The notes: a model not told the origin generated them from the letters alone. A stretch of DNA of 64,000 nucleotides from an uncultured delta proteobacterium (GCA_963729715.1 CAVSPA010000003.1:96001-160000), one strand, 5' to 3'; shown: positions 20,157-30,994, counted from the first letter of the stretch. Made by a program: numbers and translations.

Positions 20157-20553
20157 CATAGGAGATTGCAGGTGAGCCCGACCAGAGAAGATCGGAGATT
20201 GAGGAAAGTTACTGTCAGAGGAAATTGTTTTCCGTGATTCATGTGCCGGAACGGCCTCCGAAACATAGGAAGACAAGATAGAGAGATGAGAAGAGGATAT
20301 GACGCGCTTTAAATATCTCGTGAATTTTTATCACCACACCTTTTCCATCAATTTAAATTTCACCGGCTCAAGTAATAATCTATTTTTCACACTATTTCCC
20401 ATGTCAGAAAAAATGAAAACCAAGGCTTGAATGGAAAAGGGGATTCATTTACATATGGCCGGAATATCTTAAATCCGGCAGGAGAAAAAACGGAAAAAGG
20501 AAGTAGGCGATAAATAGAACCATCCCTTTTTCCGATAAAATACTGGCGGAGCC

Positions 20554-22149
20554 ATGACGAAAAGAATACCTGCAGCAGATAAGCGCATCGATGAGCTCAG
20601 GGTGAGGGCGGAAGATGCCCTGTCCGGGAAGGCCGCAAAGCGCGGTGAGCCATCCGCCGATATCCAGAAGCTCATTCACGAACTCAATGTTCATCAGATA
20701 GAGCTGGAGATGCAGAATGAGGAACTGCGAAAGTCGCAGATGGAGACCGCCGCAGAACACCACAAGTACACCGACCTTTATGACTTCGCCCCTGTCGGGT
20801 ATTTCACCCTCGATAAGAAGGGACGTATCATTAAAGCGAATGTCACGGGCGCCTCTTTGCTCGGCTCTGAGAAGAGATCGCTCATAGGACAACCGTTCCG
20901 TCGTTTTATCACACCCGGGCATTTCAGTATCTTCCAGTCCCATCTTCAGAATGCCCATGAATCGCAAAGCAAACAGACCTGCAAACTGAAGCTCACCGGG
21001 AAGGACGGCAGCCTGTTCGACGCACTGATCGACACCATAGCAGTAATGGATGGTGACGGTAATTTTGATAACTACCGTTCTTCCGTCACTGACATCACGG
21101 AGATTACGAGGGCAGAGGAGAAGATGGCGTATCTGGCCTCGTTTCCCATGCTCAACCCGAATCCCGTGGCAGAAGTGGATTTTGCGGGGCAGGCCCATTA
21201 CCTTAACCCCGCCGCCGAGCTTTTATTCCCGGATCTCCGCGAGCGCGGAGCGGCGCATCCGTGGCTTCACGATTGGAAAGCGGTGGTTTCTGCCTTGCGC
21301 AAAAACGGGTCAAGAGAAATCGTACGGGAAGTGAATGTTGGCGAGCGCTGGTGCCAGCAAACGTTGCATTTAGTGGAAGGAGCCCAGCGCATCCGCATCT
21401 ACGGAATGGATATCACTGAGAGCAAGCATGCGGAGTTGGAGATGAGGGAAGGGAGAAGGCAATTGGAATATGCCATCAAGGAACTCGAAAGCTTCAGCTA
21501 TTCCGTCGCTCATGATCTGCGCGCCCCGCTCCGGGCCATAGACGGCTATGCGCGCCTGATCCTCAAGAGGCAGGGGGATAAGTTTGACCAAGACACCCTC
21601 GATAAATTTAACGTGATCAGGTCCAGCACGCGCCTGATGGGGCAGCTCATCGACGACCTCCTGACCTTCTCCCGCCTGGGGAGGAAGCATATATCCCCCA
21701 TGCCCTTGGATATGGATATCCTCATGAAAGACGCGTGGAAAGAAGTGCAGGTGAGCGACCCGGAGAGGGACATTAAGCTTGAAGTAGGGAGCATGCCTCC
21801 GGGCTACGGGGACATGGCCCTCATCAAACAGGTATTGATCAACCTCCTTTCCAACGCCGTAAAATTCACGAAATACAAGGATGCCGCAAATATCGAGGTG
21901 GGAGGCTACGCCAACGGCAATGAACACGTGTATTATATCAGGGACAACGGTGTAGGCTTCGACATGGCCTATTACGATAAGCTCTTCGGCGTCTTTCAGA
22001 GACTGCATAGTACGGAGCAGTTCGAAGGCACCGGCGTAGGCCTGGCGACCGTCGAGCGCCTCATACAGAGGCATGGCGGCAGGGTATGGGCGGAGGGTAA
22101 GGTGGATGAAGGGGCCTGTTTTTATTTCGCACTAAACATTAAGGAGTGA
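20554..22149 (+). CDS. Cytoplasmic PAS-domain sensor histidine kinase
   Basis: ELEMQNEEL coil, YDFAPVGY PAS, H-box FSYSVAHDLRAPL, NAVKF, DNGVGF, GTGVGLA. Confidence 0.95.
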   Translation: MTKRIPAADKRIDELRVRAEDALSGKAAKRGEPSADIQKLIHELNVHQIELEMQNEELRKSQMETAAEHHKYTDLYDFAPVGYFTLDKKGRIIKANVTGASLLGSEKRSLIGQPFRRFITPGHFSIFQSHLQNAHESQSKQTCKLKLTGKDGSLFDALIDTIAVMDGDGNFDNYRSSVTDITEITRAEEKMAYLASFPMLNPNPVAEVDFAGQAHYLNPAAELLFPDLRERGAAHPWLHDWKAVVSALRKNGSREIVREVNVGERWCQQTLHLVEGAQRIRIYGMDITESKHAELEMREGRRQLEYAIKELESFSYSVAHDLRAPLRAIDGYARLILKRQGDKFDQDTLDKFNVIRSSTRLMGQLIDDLLTFSRLGRKHISPMPLDMDILMKDAWKEVQVSDPERDIKLEVGSMPPGYGDMALIKQVLINLLSNAVKFTKYKDAANIEVGGYANGNEHVYYIRDNGVGFDMAYYDKLFGVFQRLHSTEQFEGTGVGLATVERLIQRHGGRVWAEGKVDEGACFYFALNIKE

Positions 22150-22157
22150 CTTTTTTC

Positions 22158-22601
22158 ATGGGCAATATTGATGTTCTTCTCGTCGAAGACAATCCTCACG
22201 ATGCTGAGATGATCCTGGATACCCTCAGCCGGCAGGATATCTCCAACAGGGTCCGGGCCATAAGCGATGGCGCGGAAGCTCTCGATTATTTGTTCGGGCC
22301 CGAGGGATGCCTTGCGAAGGCGGAGGTTCATCTCCCCAAGGTGATCCTCCTCGATTTGAAACTCCCCAAGGTCAGCGGCCTGGAGATTCTGAAACGCATC
22401 AAGTCCGATGAACGGACAAGGCATATCCCGGTTGTCATATTTACTTCCTCCGATGAAGAGCGAGACAGGACGGAAAGCTACAGGCGCGGGGCGAACAGCT
22501 ATATTGTTAAGCCCATGCAAGCGGCGGCGTTCTCGCGTTTTGTTGCCGAACTCGGGGCATACTGGGTATCGATGAATATAACGCCCTATGCGGATGCGTA
22601 A
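22158..22601 (+). CDS. Single-domain response regulator (Rcp1-like)
   Basis: LLVEDN, LDLKLPKVSG, GANSYIVKP. Confidence 0.92.
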   Translation: MGNIDVLLVEDNPHDAEMILDTLSRQDISNRVRAISDGAEALDYLFGPEGCLAKAEVHLPKVILLDLKLPKVSGLEILKRIKSDERTRHIPVVIFTSSDEERDRTESYRRGANSYIVKPMQAAAFSRFVAELGAYWVSMNITPYADA

Positions 22602-22716
22602 TCGCAGGGCGGATGGTCATTGGCCGATTGCAAGAGTTGCCTGGCGTGAATGTTATGATTCAGCTCAATTACGTAAAAATCTTCCCTTAGTGTCGGAGAG
22701 TTTGGAGGCTTAGACG

Positions 22717-23961
22717 ATGTCCGAGAAATTGAAAGTATTAATCCTTGAAGATGTCCCTACGGATGCGGAGTTGATGATAGAGGAGCTCGCGGATGCAGGC
22801 ATGACGTTTGTTTCGAAGCGTGTCGTCACGAAGGCGTCCTTTGTCAATGCGATTGCTGATTTTTACCCGGACATTATTCTTTCCGATTATTCTCTGCCCT
22901 CATTTGACGGTCTTGCGGCCTTGAAGATCGCGAGGGAGAGATGTCCAGATGTGCCTTTTGTTTTTGTTTCGGGAGCGCTGGGCGAGGAGATGGCGATTGA
23001 CCTTCTCAAGAAGGGTGCTACGGACTATGTTCTGAAGAACAGGTTATCGCGTTTGGAGCCGGCGGTATCGCGCGCGTTGCATGAGGTTGAGGAGCGGCGC
23101 GAGCGAGAGCGTGCGGAGCATGCGCTGAAGGAATCGGAGGTCAGGTACCGGACGATATTTGAGAACACGGGGACGGCGACGGTGATCGTTGATGAAGATG
23201 CGACTATAGTTTTGGCGAACAGGCAGTTTGAGAGGTTGACGGGTTTTTCCCGGTCGGAGATCGAGGGGAAGAAGAAGTGGACGGAATTCGTGCTTGAGGA
23301 TGATCTTCCGAAGTTGAAGCTCCTCTCGCGCGCGGTGGGCAAGCATTCCCGGACGCCCTCTGACGGCTATGAATTCCGGATCACTAATAATCACGACGGG
23401 GTTCTGAATGTCCTGGCAAATGTGGCGTCCATACCTTCCACGAAGAGGGTGGTCATGTCTTTCCTTGATATTACAGAGCGAAAAATGGCCGAAGAAGTCC
23501 TGAAGAAAAGGGAGCAGGAGCTGCAATTGAAATCGCAAAGTCTTGAGGAAGCCAATACGGCGTTGAAGGTCCTGTTGAAGCACCGGGAAGAAGATAAGGC
23601 TACCCTCGAAGAACAGGTGCTGGCCAACGTCAAAAAGCTTGTTTTACCCTACCTGGAAAAATTGAAGGGCCCGAGGCTGGATAGCAGCCAGCGGGTTCAC
23701 GTAGAGATCATTGAGGCCCATTTGAATGACATCGTATCACCCTTCTTGAGGAATCTGTCCTCCGCGTACCTCAGTCTGACACCGAGGGAAATTGAGGTGG
23801 CTACACTCGTCAAGGAAGGAAAGACGACCAAGGAAATAACCAAGCTTCTTAATATATCCACCACTGCGGTAGACTTCCATAGAAAGAATCTGCGTTCCAA
23901 GTTTGGTATAAAAAGCAAGAAAACGAATCTGAGGTCATTTCTCACGTCCCTCTATTCATAG
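22717..23961 (+). CDS. Response regulator with REC, PAS and LuxR-type HTH domains
   Basis: LILED..DYSLP REC, central PAS, C-terminal LTPREIEVA..VKEG.TTKEI...HRKNLRSK. Confidence 0.93.
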   Translation: MSEKLKVLILEDVPTDAELMIEELADAGMTFVSKRVVTKASFVNAIADFYPDIILSDYSLPSFDGLAALKIARERCPDVPFVFVSGALGEEMAIDLLKKGATDYVLKNRLSRLEPAVSRALHEVEERRERERAEHALKESEVRYRTIFENTGTATVIVDEDATIVLANRQFERLTGFSRSEIEGKKKWTEFVLEDDLPKLKLLSRAVGKHSRTPSDGYEFRITNNHDGVLNVLANVASIPSTKRVVMSFLDITERKMAEEVLKKREQELQLKSQSLEEANTALKVLLKHREEDKATLEEQVLANVKKLVLPYLEKLKGPRLDSSQRVHVEIIEAHLNDIVSPFLRNLSSAYLSLTPREIEVATLVKEGKTTKEITKLLNISTTAVDFHRKNLRSKFGIKSKKTNLRSFLTSLYS

Positions 23962-24272
23962 CAGCTTGCGCCTGCCATTACCCTGTAATTTTAGCGTCGT
24001 TGGTTCGGCTGGCAGGTCTTCCGGTTTGTGATAGGCTTGATTTATGTCTCCGTGGGTAGCTAGCGCATTCCCGGTACGAAAATAAACTCTTTTATGTCAT
24101 TCAGTGCCCGGCGACAGTAGTGTAATTATTTTTCTTGTCATCTAAAATGATAGTGAAACGAGAATTTTTTATGACGATAAGAATGACATGTTTTCCTGAT
24201 ATTACAGAGCTTCTTGGCAGGATTTAGAGATCAGTTATTTTTCCATATTGTAACACACTCGAGGAGGATGCT

Positions 24273-25688
24273 ATGGGAAGAAGAATCGGTGCTTTTTATA
24301 TTACCAAGGGTTTGTTCATTCTCGCTCTCGCTTTGATTGTTTTCGCCGCCGCTTGTCTTAATGACAAGGGGCGCACCGAGGCAGTCGGCTTTCCCCAGTC
24401 CTTTGCTGAGCTTGCCAAGAAGGTCACGCCTGCCGTTGTAAATATCAGCACAACAACGACGGTCAAGGTACCAGGCAATCCTTTCAGGCAGTTCTTCGGA
24501 CCCCGCGGCGGGCCATTCGAGGACTTCTTCGGTGACATGCCGGACAAGGAAATGAAACAGCGAAGCCTCGGCTCGGGCATCATTGTAGATAAAGAAGGAT
24601 ACATAATCACGAACAATCACGTTGTCTCCGGGTCGGGAGAGATCAAAGTCAAGCTTACGGACGGAAGGGAATACACGGCGAAAGTGATCGGCAGGGATCC
24701 CAAAACAGATCTGGCCCTGATTAAAATATCATCTATCTTCAAAGACCTTCCGACACTTGCCTTAGGTGACTCAGACATTATGCAGGTAGGCGACTGGGTG
24801 CTGGCTATCGGAAACCCCTTCGGGCTGGAACACACGGTTACGCAGGGCATTATCAGCGCCTCCGGCCGTGTTATCGGCTCCGGACCGTACGACAATTTCC
24901 TCCAAACCGATGCCCCTATCAACCCGGGAAACAGTGGGGGACCGCTGGTGAATATGAAAGGCGAGGTCATCGGGATAAACACTGCCATCGTTGCCGCGGG
25001 TCAGGGTATCGGGTTTGCAATTCCGAGCAGCACCGCAAAGGGTGTTATCGCCCAGCTTCGGGAAAAGGGCAAGGTAGTGCGGGGCTGGTTGGGGGTCTCG
25101 ATTCAGATGGTCACGCCTGAACTGGCGCCGTCCTTCGGGCTGAAAGAAGCGCGCGGAGCCATAGTTGCCGATGTTGTCAAGGGCAGTCCCGCAGAAAAGG
25201 CCGGCATCGAACAGGGAGACGTCGTCCTTGCCTTTGACGGCAAGGACGTCAAATCCTCAAACGACCTTCCATGGATCGTTGCAGAGACTCCCGTGGGGAA
25301 GACCGTTAATGTCAAGTTGATACGGCAGGGGAAAGAACTCGATGTTAAAGTGACGATAGTGGAAATGACGGAGCAGCGCCAGGCGCTGCAGGCGGGCAAG
25401 ATAAAAAACGTCTTCGGCTTTACAGTCGACAACGTAAAGCCTGAGTGGAGGAGGCAGTTTGATCTGACTGCAAAGGCGGGGGTCGTGGTTACACAGGTTG
25501 AGACGGACAGCCTCGCCGATGACGCAGGCATAGAGCCCGGCGATGTGATCGGGGAAGTGAATAAAAAAGTGATCAAAGATTTAAACGATTTCAAGACGGC
25601 AATGGCGCAGGTTAAGTCGAATGAAAGTGTGGTCTTTCTTTTGAGCCGCGATGATCAATCGTATTACGTGTCCATAGCAGTGCCTTAG
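24273..25688 (+). CDS. DegP/HtrA (Do family) serine protease with two PDZ domains
   Basis: TNNHVV, TDLAL, INPGNSGGP, two PDZ regions. Confidence 0.96.
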   Translation: MGRRIGAFYITKGLFILALALIVFAAACLNDKGRTEAVGFPQSFAELAKKVTPAVVNISTTTTVKVPGNPFRQFFGPRGGPFEDFFGDMPDKEMKQRSLGSGIIVDKEGYIITNNHVVSGSGEIKVKLTDGREYTAKVIGRDPKTDLALIKISSIFKDLPTLALGDSDIMQVGDWVLAIGNPFGLEHTVTQGIISASGRVIGSGPYDNFLQTDAPINPGNSGGPLVNMKGEVIGINTAIVAAGQGIGFAIPSSTAKGVIAQLREKGKVVRGWLGVSIQMVTPELAPSFGLKEARGAIVADVVKGSPAEKAGIEQGDVVLAFDGKDVKSSNDLPWIVAETPVGKTVNVKLIRQGKELDVKVTIVEMTEQRQALQAGKIKNVFGFTVDNVKPEWRRQFDLTAKAGVVVTQVETDSLADDAGIEPGDVIGEVNKKVIKDLNDFKTAMAQVKSNESVVFLLSRDDQSYYVSIAVP

Positions 25689-25716
25689 GTTTCTTAAGTT
25701 TGCAGAGATGAATAGC

Positions 25717-25737
25717 AGCCCGTCCTTGCGGCGGGCT
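25717..25737 (+). terminator. Hairpin downstream of the HtrA gene
   Basis: AGCCCG...CGGGCT. Confidence 0.35.
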
Positions 25738-25781
25738 AAAGGATCAATAAGTTTAAGTAAACGATGGGAAAGGAGAGAGAG

Positions 25782-26360
25782 ATGAAAAGGCAAAAGATTC
25801 TTATGAGGTTATTTTTGGTCGCGATCATTTGTGCTTTTGTTCTGCCTGCGGGATGCGCGAAGAAGGCAGTCATGAAGGAAGAGCCCGCAGTGGAAAAAGA
25901 GGCGGCCGTGGAGAAGCATGCGCCCGCGCAAGCGGCGGAGGCCGCTCCTGCGAAGGCTCCGGAAGAACAGAAGGGTAATGAAGCGGCTATGGCGGCTGCG
26001 GCACTCGCCGACAAAGAGGCCTCCGAGTTTATGGACATCCACTTCGCCTTTGACCGCTTTGACCTCAGGCCCGATGAGAGGAAGATTCTCGATATGCACG
26101 CCAAGTGGCTTAAGGCTCATCCGGAATTCACGGCCCGTATCGAGGGAAACTGTGACGAACGCGGAACAGTTGAATACAACATAGCCCTCGGTCAGAGACG
26201 GGCAACTAGCGCAATGAAATACCTCGTTGACCTCGGTGTCGCGAAGAATAGATTAAGCACGATAAGCTACGGGAAGGAACGTCCCCTCGATCCGGGTCAC
26301 AATGAAGAAGCCTGGGCAAAGAACAGAAGGGATCATTTCAGCGTTACGAGAAATAAATAA
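25782..26360 (+). CDS. pal: Peptidoglycan-associated lipoprotein
   Basis: Lipobox AGC, IHFAFD, EGNCDERGT.EYNIALG.RRA, SYGKERP, KNRR. Confidence 0.95.
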   Translation: MKRQKILMRLFLVAIICAFVLPAGCAKKAVMKEEPAVEKEAAVEKHAPAQAAEAAPAKAPEEQKGNEAAMAAAALADKEASEFMDIHFAFDRFDLRPDERKILDMHAKWLKAHPEFTARIEGNCDERGTVEYNIALGQRRATSAMKYLVDLGVAKNRLSTISYGKERPLDPGHNEEAWAKNRRDHFSVTRNK

Positions 26361-26608
26361 TTATTGTTTTTTTTACGCCCTTCACGTTTTTTCTCTTCTT
26401 TCTTGCAAAGGGGGATCGAGGGGGATTTTGCATGGCAGAGTAGGTCCTTCATTGCCCCCTTTGTCAGAAGGAGCCGATGCCGCATATACGAGCCGCTTGC
26501 GATGTTCGTCCGTGTGGGGAGGGCTTCCCGCATGACGCGGTAGTCTCAAAACTGCAGCGGGCTGCGCTTGCAATGAGTGAGTGAGTCTGCTCCGGACAGG
26601 GAGCGGGT

Positions 26609-27097
26609 CTATTGATGGGGATGGGCCTTCTGTGAATCGACGGAGAGTATCTTTTCTAGCTCATCGAGAAGCCCGATCTGGCCATTGAAGATCTTTTCTC
26701 TCGCTGCCACCATGGAAAACCATGCTGCGCGGTCGATCTCCGGGAATTCGCGTGTGATGCCCGAATGCGGCGGCCATTCGAGAGGGAATGTATTGCTCCT
26801 TGCGGCGGCGGCATCGCAGTCACCCTCTATTGCCCAGGCATATACGAGTTTGTTGTTCCGTTGCCTGACCGGTGTGAGCGCCGTGAAGTGGCCTACTGCG
26901 TTAAAACCCGTTTCCTCTTCAAATTCTTTCTTGGCGGCGGCGAGCGGGTCTTCGTTCGGGCCTAACTCCCCCTTGGGAATTGACCACGACCCCATATCTC
27001 TCTTCGCCCATATCGGTCCGCCGGGATGTACGAGAAATACTTCGAGGGCGCCATGGCGCTGCCTGTAAAGAAGTAATCCTGAGCTCTTCTTCTCCAT
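26609..27097 (-). CDS. NUDIX hydrolase
   Basis: LVHPGGP, WSIPKG...AAAKKEFEEETG, FPEIDRA. Confidence 0.92.
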   Translation of the reverse strand: MEKKSSGLLLYRQRHGALEVFLVHPGGPIWAKRDMGSWSIPKGELGPNEDPLAAAKKEFEEETGFNAVGHFTALTPVRQRNNKLVYAWAIEGDCDAAAARSNTFPLEWPPHSGITREFPEIDRAAWFSMVAAREKIFNGQIGLLDELEKILSVDSQKAHPHQ

Positions 27098-27128
27098 CCT
27101 GCATTCCTGCGAGTTACTCATCCGCGCA

Positions 27129-29657
27129 TCAGCCGTACCACAGAACCTGCGGAGCCTCGAGAGGCACCATGGCGCCGCCGAGTGCAGGAATCACGCGTGG
27201 TGTGAAGTCTGCAGGCGGCCGGCTGGTCTTGATCTCTGCTTCATAGCGATATGTATTTGTCGGCGCGTCTACGACGCTTGTGCGCGTCATTACGTGAACC
27301 TCATGCGGCTTGTCTAATACGTAATCGGTATAGAGCTGCACCTCCACTGTATCGGGATTCACGGCGCCGAGTCGGAGATCCACCCTGAAGACATGCGAGT
27401 CCGTGCCCGCGTTTTCGAGTGATAGATTATGCATCGACAACTGTGGCCAGAGCATTTCCATCGACTTCTGCCATTGGCTGATCTGCTTGGCGATTTGTGC
27501 ATCATTTGCCTGGCGCTTTGCAGAGGCCTCGATAGCCGGCATGTATATGCGCTCCACATATTCCCTCACCATTCTGTTAGAGCTGAAGGCCGGTGTCAGC
27601 TCCGACATGCTGGCGCGCATGCGCGCCACCCACTCCACCGGAATGCCTTTTTCATTCCTGTTATAGAAGCAGGGCACAACCTCCTTTTCGAGAAGACGGT
27701 ATAACTCTTCCGCTTCGTATGCGTCCCAGTTCGGGTCATCTCCGTGTTGATGGCCGTCGCCGAGGGCCCATCCAACTTCAGGGCGATAGGCCTCGGCCCA
27801 CCATCCGTCTATCTCAGACAGATTCAACCCCCCGTTGACGAGAACCTTCATGCCGCTGGTGCCGCAGGCTTCCCAGGGGCGGCGCGGCGTGTTGATCCAC
27901 AGGTCCACTCCCTGTACGAGCTTCTGCGCGAGTGTCATATCGTAGTCTGCAAGATAGACGACGTGGGGCCGCACTTCCGATTGTCTTATGAACCGGGTCC
28001 AGGCCCGGATCATGTCCCTGCCTTCATCGTCCTGCGGATGGGCTTTGCCGGCAAGTATAAGCTGTACGGGCAGCTCGGGATTGGTAAGGAGACGGATAAG
28101 CCGATCCGGATCGTGAAGGAGGAGGTTCGGTCTTTTGTAGCCTGTGAACCTCCGGGCGAAGCCGATGGTGAGGCTTTTATGATCGAGCAGTTCTTTGCAC
28201 TGCCTGATGTCCTTACCGGGGGCGCCTACGGAGGCGAGCTGCCGCGACAGCCGTTCCTGCACATACCGGATCAGCTCCTTCACGCTTTCCGTACGGAAGT
28301 TCCACAGGTTCTCTTCCGGCACCTCTTTCAGGTTCTGCTCAATCAATTCGAGCGTTCCCTGCCAGCGTGCATCGCCGCAGAAATCGGTCCACAGCGTATC
28401 GGCTACGGCAGAATCCCAGGAGGGCACATGCACTCCGTTGGTGACGTGCGTGACAGGGACTTCATGCTGAGGGATGCGGGGGAATAGGGGCTGAAAGATG
28501 TTGCGGCTGACCTCGCCATGCAGCCGGCTCACGGCGTTGACGGTTCCCGACCCTCTGATGGCAAGATACGCCATATTGAGAGGTTCTTCCTGATCCGAGG
28601 GGTTCTTACGGCCCAGTGCGAAGAGGCCATCAAGGCCAATTCCCAATTCATTTGCGTAAGAAGCGAGATAGTGTTCTATCATGTACGGTGGAAATCTGTC
28701 AAAGCCGGCTTCGACCGGTGTGTGGGTTGTGAAGACGTTGGCGCTTCGCGTTGCCGTTAAAGCGACGTTGAAGGTATGCTCTGTCGCAGCCATGAAATTT
28801 CGCACCCTCTCCAAAACGGCGAGCGATGCGTGTCCCTCATTGAGATGGCATATCTGAGGTTGAATGCCGAGCTTGGAGAGTACGCGCCAACCGCCGATGC
28901 CGAGGGCGATCTCCTGCTGTAGACGGAGTTCCGGCCCGCCTCCGTAAAGTTCGCTCGTGATGCCCCGGTCAATGGCGCTATTGGTAAGATCATTACTGTC
29001 CAGAAGATAGAGCTTGATCTGTCCCACTGTGGCTTCCCATACGCGGAGGCGTACCATACGTCCGGGGAACTCAAGTTCCACGTGCAGCCATTCCCCCTCC
29101 TGATCGCGAACGGGCACGACGGGCAGCTGAGTCGGATCGTTGTAGGGATAAACTTCTCTCTGGCTGCCGTCTGCATTCAGCGTCTGGCGGAAATAACCCT
29201 GCTGATAGAGGAGACCAACGCCTACGGCTGCCACCCCGAGGTCGCTCGCCGTCTTGAGGTAATCACCGGCAAGGATTCCGAGTCCCCCGGAGTAGATGGG
29301 GAGGGCTTCCCCGAGGCCGTACTCCATGCTGAAATAGGCGACAGTAACCGGCGACAGGGGGTAGGCCTGCTGAAACCAGCGGATGGTTTGCAGAGACTCC
29401 CGGTGGGCGGTCAAATATTTTTCCATCAGCTCATGAAACTTCTCATCGGTTTTGAGCGCCTCAAGCCTGGTGCGGGATACCGTCTGCAGGATGAGCCAGG
29501 GGTTGCCGGTAAGATTCCATATATCGGGATCGATATATTCCCACAGCGGGTCTGCCGTATGGCTCCATGACCACCGGAGGTTGAGCGCTAATTCCGTGAG
29601 CCCCTCCAGCCCCTCTGGCATGGGAGGTAAGAAGTAGTTTGCCGGTGCCGTTGCCAT
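27129..29657 (-). CDS. glgP: Alpha-glucan (glycogen) phosphorylase
   Basis: YSGGLGILAGD, HLNEGH, FARRF..YKR, EACGTSGMK. Confidence 0.96.
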   Translation of the reverse strand: MATAPANYFLPPMPEGLEGLTELALNLRWSWSHTADPLWEYIDPDIWNLTGNPWLILQTVSRTRLEALKTDEKFHELMEKYLTAHRESLQTIRWFQQAYPLSPVTVAYFSMEYGLGEALPIYSGGLGILAGDYLKTASDLGVAAVGVGLLYQQGYFRQTLNADGSQREVYPYNDPTQLPVVPVRDQEGEWLHVELEFPGRMVRLRVWEATVGQIKLYLLDSNDLTNSAIDRGITSELYGGGPELRLQQEIALGIGGWRVLSKLGIQPQICHLNEGHASLAVLERVRNFMAATEHTFNVALTATRSANVFTTHTPVEAGFDRFPPYMIEHYLASYANELGIGLDGLFALGRKNPSDQEEPLNMAYLAIRGSGTVNAVSRLHGEVSRNIFQPLFPRIPQHEVPVTHVTNGVHVPSWDSAVADTLWTDFCGDARWQGTLELIEQNLKEVPEENLWNFRTESVKELIRYVQERLSRQLASVGAPGKDIRQCKELLDHKSLTIGFARRFTGYKRPNLLLHDPDRLIRLLTNPELPVQLILAGKAHPQDDEGRDMIRAWTRFIRQSEVRPHVVYLADYDMTLAQKLVQGVDLWINTPRRPWEACGTSGMKVLVNGGLNLSEIDGWWAEAYRPEVGWALGDGHQHGDDPNWDAYEAEELYRLLEKEVVPCFYNRNEKGIPVEWVARMRASMSELTPAFSSNRMVREYVERIYMPAIEASAKRQANDAQIAKQISQWQKSMEMLWPQLSMHNLSLENAGTDSHVFRVDLRLGAVNPDTVEVQLYTDYVLDKPHEVHVMTRTSVVDAPTNTYRYEAEIKTSRPPADFTPRVIPALGGAMVPLEAPQVLWYG

Positions 29658-29836
29658 GATGCCCTCCTATGAAATGTCTATATGCGGTGAGCCGCTGTGG
29701 GATGCTCCTGAGTAAAGTTTCTTATTCCGGACAGTCGCCAAGAGGATTCCGGGAGCTCGAGCATCTTATCCCGTATTTAACTTTCAACGATCTTCCTAAA
29801 AATGATAAAAAAAATAGATTATCCAATAGTTAGATT

Positions 29837-29905
29837 CAATAAGGGTAAAATGGTCGTGAATTGGTAGGAAATAGCTCCCATTCCTCTTCCATTTAATACT
29901 CATTG
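29837..29905. promoter_or_regulatory. Back-to-back pair of regulon motifs serving glgP (-) and the gene at 29991 (+)
   Basis: Shared palindrome ATTGGTAG-N7-CTCCCATT, with a direct repeat and ATTG at the conserved spacing on each strand. Confidence 0.7.
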
Positions 29906-29990
29906 CTTTCCCGCATGCACCGCGCTTACTTTATAGGGGACATATTGTATTTCCTATTCCTGAACGCAATCCTTGAAAATACGGAGGTCT

Positions 29991-30371
29991 ATGATGAAGC
30001 GACAAGCTAGTCCCTCGATTCTTGCATGGAAGGCAGCCTTGATCTTGTTGACCCTTTACTGTCTGTATCCCCAGGTGTCTTTTGCCACGTCGCCTTAGGA
30101 CGTGAAACTTGCATACGACGCAGGCACGCAAATGCTGACAGTCACGATCACACACCCGTCTTCCTTTCCCAGTTATCACTATATAAAATATGTCGCAATC
30201 ACGAAGAACGGAGCCGACGTGATGAAAAACACTTATGAAAGTCAGCCCGACACGGATACCTTTGCCTACACATTCAAAGTGCCTGCCGCCGAAGGCGAAA
30301 CGCTGGAGGTGACAGCCACGTGCAGTTTGTAAGGATACAAGACGGTGAATCTGACTGTCGGCAAAAAGTAG
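29991..30371 (+). pseudogene. Secreted small beta-sandwich protein (desulfoferrodoxin/SoxZ-like), two in-frame stops
   Basis: GGAGG RBS, signal peptide, ITHP...HYI...TCS; TAG at 30096-30098 and TAA at 30330-30332 in frame. Confidence 0.65.
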
Positions 30372-30544
30372 CATACCGAGAGCTTTCCGTCCAGAGATAA
30401 GGACGGACGTTATAAAGATCCCCTCTCTCCCCTTTGCAAAGTGGGATTTTCGGCGCGGCCCTTCTTCTGATTTCATTGAAGATGATATTTTCAAAATAAC
30501 AGGCCGCAGCTATTTAATCCCAGGTCATTTTCCCATTCGTATCG

Positions 30545-30590
30545 ACAGGTAGCTTATACCTACCATTCTTCTTCTATTTTATCCTCATTG
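30545..30590 (+). promoter_or_regulatory. Regulon motif copy upstream of the small Cys-rich gene
   Basis: ACAGGTAG-N7-CTACCATT-ctt-CTTCTATT-ttatcctc-ATTG. Confidence 0.7.
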
Positions 30591-30706
30591 CCTTCCTTTG
30601 CTTGGCAAAGTAGTTTACAGAAATAAAATACTCATTCGCTCAATCCGGGCATGGATATACAGATCCGAGAGAAAAGGCCAGGTTATCCGCATTATATGTC
30701 TGACAA

Positions 30707-30904
30707 TTGAGGCGGGAATGCGAAGGGGGACTGCAAAAAGTCCGTGAGATAGTGAAGAAAAGGGGCATTGATATCAGGGTGGGCCGCAAGAAAGAGGACA
30801 TGATCCGCGACTACCAGATGATCGAAGGCTATTCGCCGTGCTTCCATACGAAGGATTCATGCGCAGAGGATTGTATGTGGAAGGAAGACTGCCTTAACGT
30901 CTGA
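30707..30904 (+). CDS. Small SAP-like domain protein with four C-terminal Cys
   Basis: KKEDMIR.YQ..EGY.PCF....C...C.W..DC; start uncertain. Confidence 0.65.
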   Translation: MRRECEGGLQKVREIVKKRGIDIRVGRKKEDMIRDYQMIEGYSPCFHTKDSCAEDCMWKEDCLNV

Positions 30905-30994
30905 TGTGTCCGGATATCTTTTTCCGCCATTTGATATGACCGCTGCGCCGGCGGGAGTTGTATACACAAGGATGGATAAGGGGAGCCGGGATCG

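Noticed and set aside
9639..24077. Short similar sequences GGTAGC(G/T)AGCGCATTCC at ~9639 and ~24056
   Set aside because: Only two short copies; they lack the regulon motif architecture and no function can be supported
26395..30450. G/C-run sequences at ~26400-26430 and ~30418-30450 resembling CCCCCTTTG..AAAGGGGG repeats
   Set aside because: Too degenerate to delimit; probably decayed intergenic repeats
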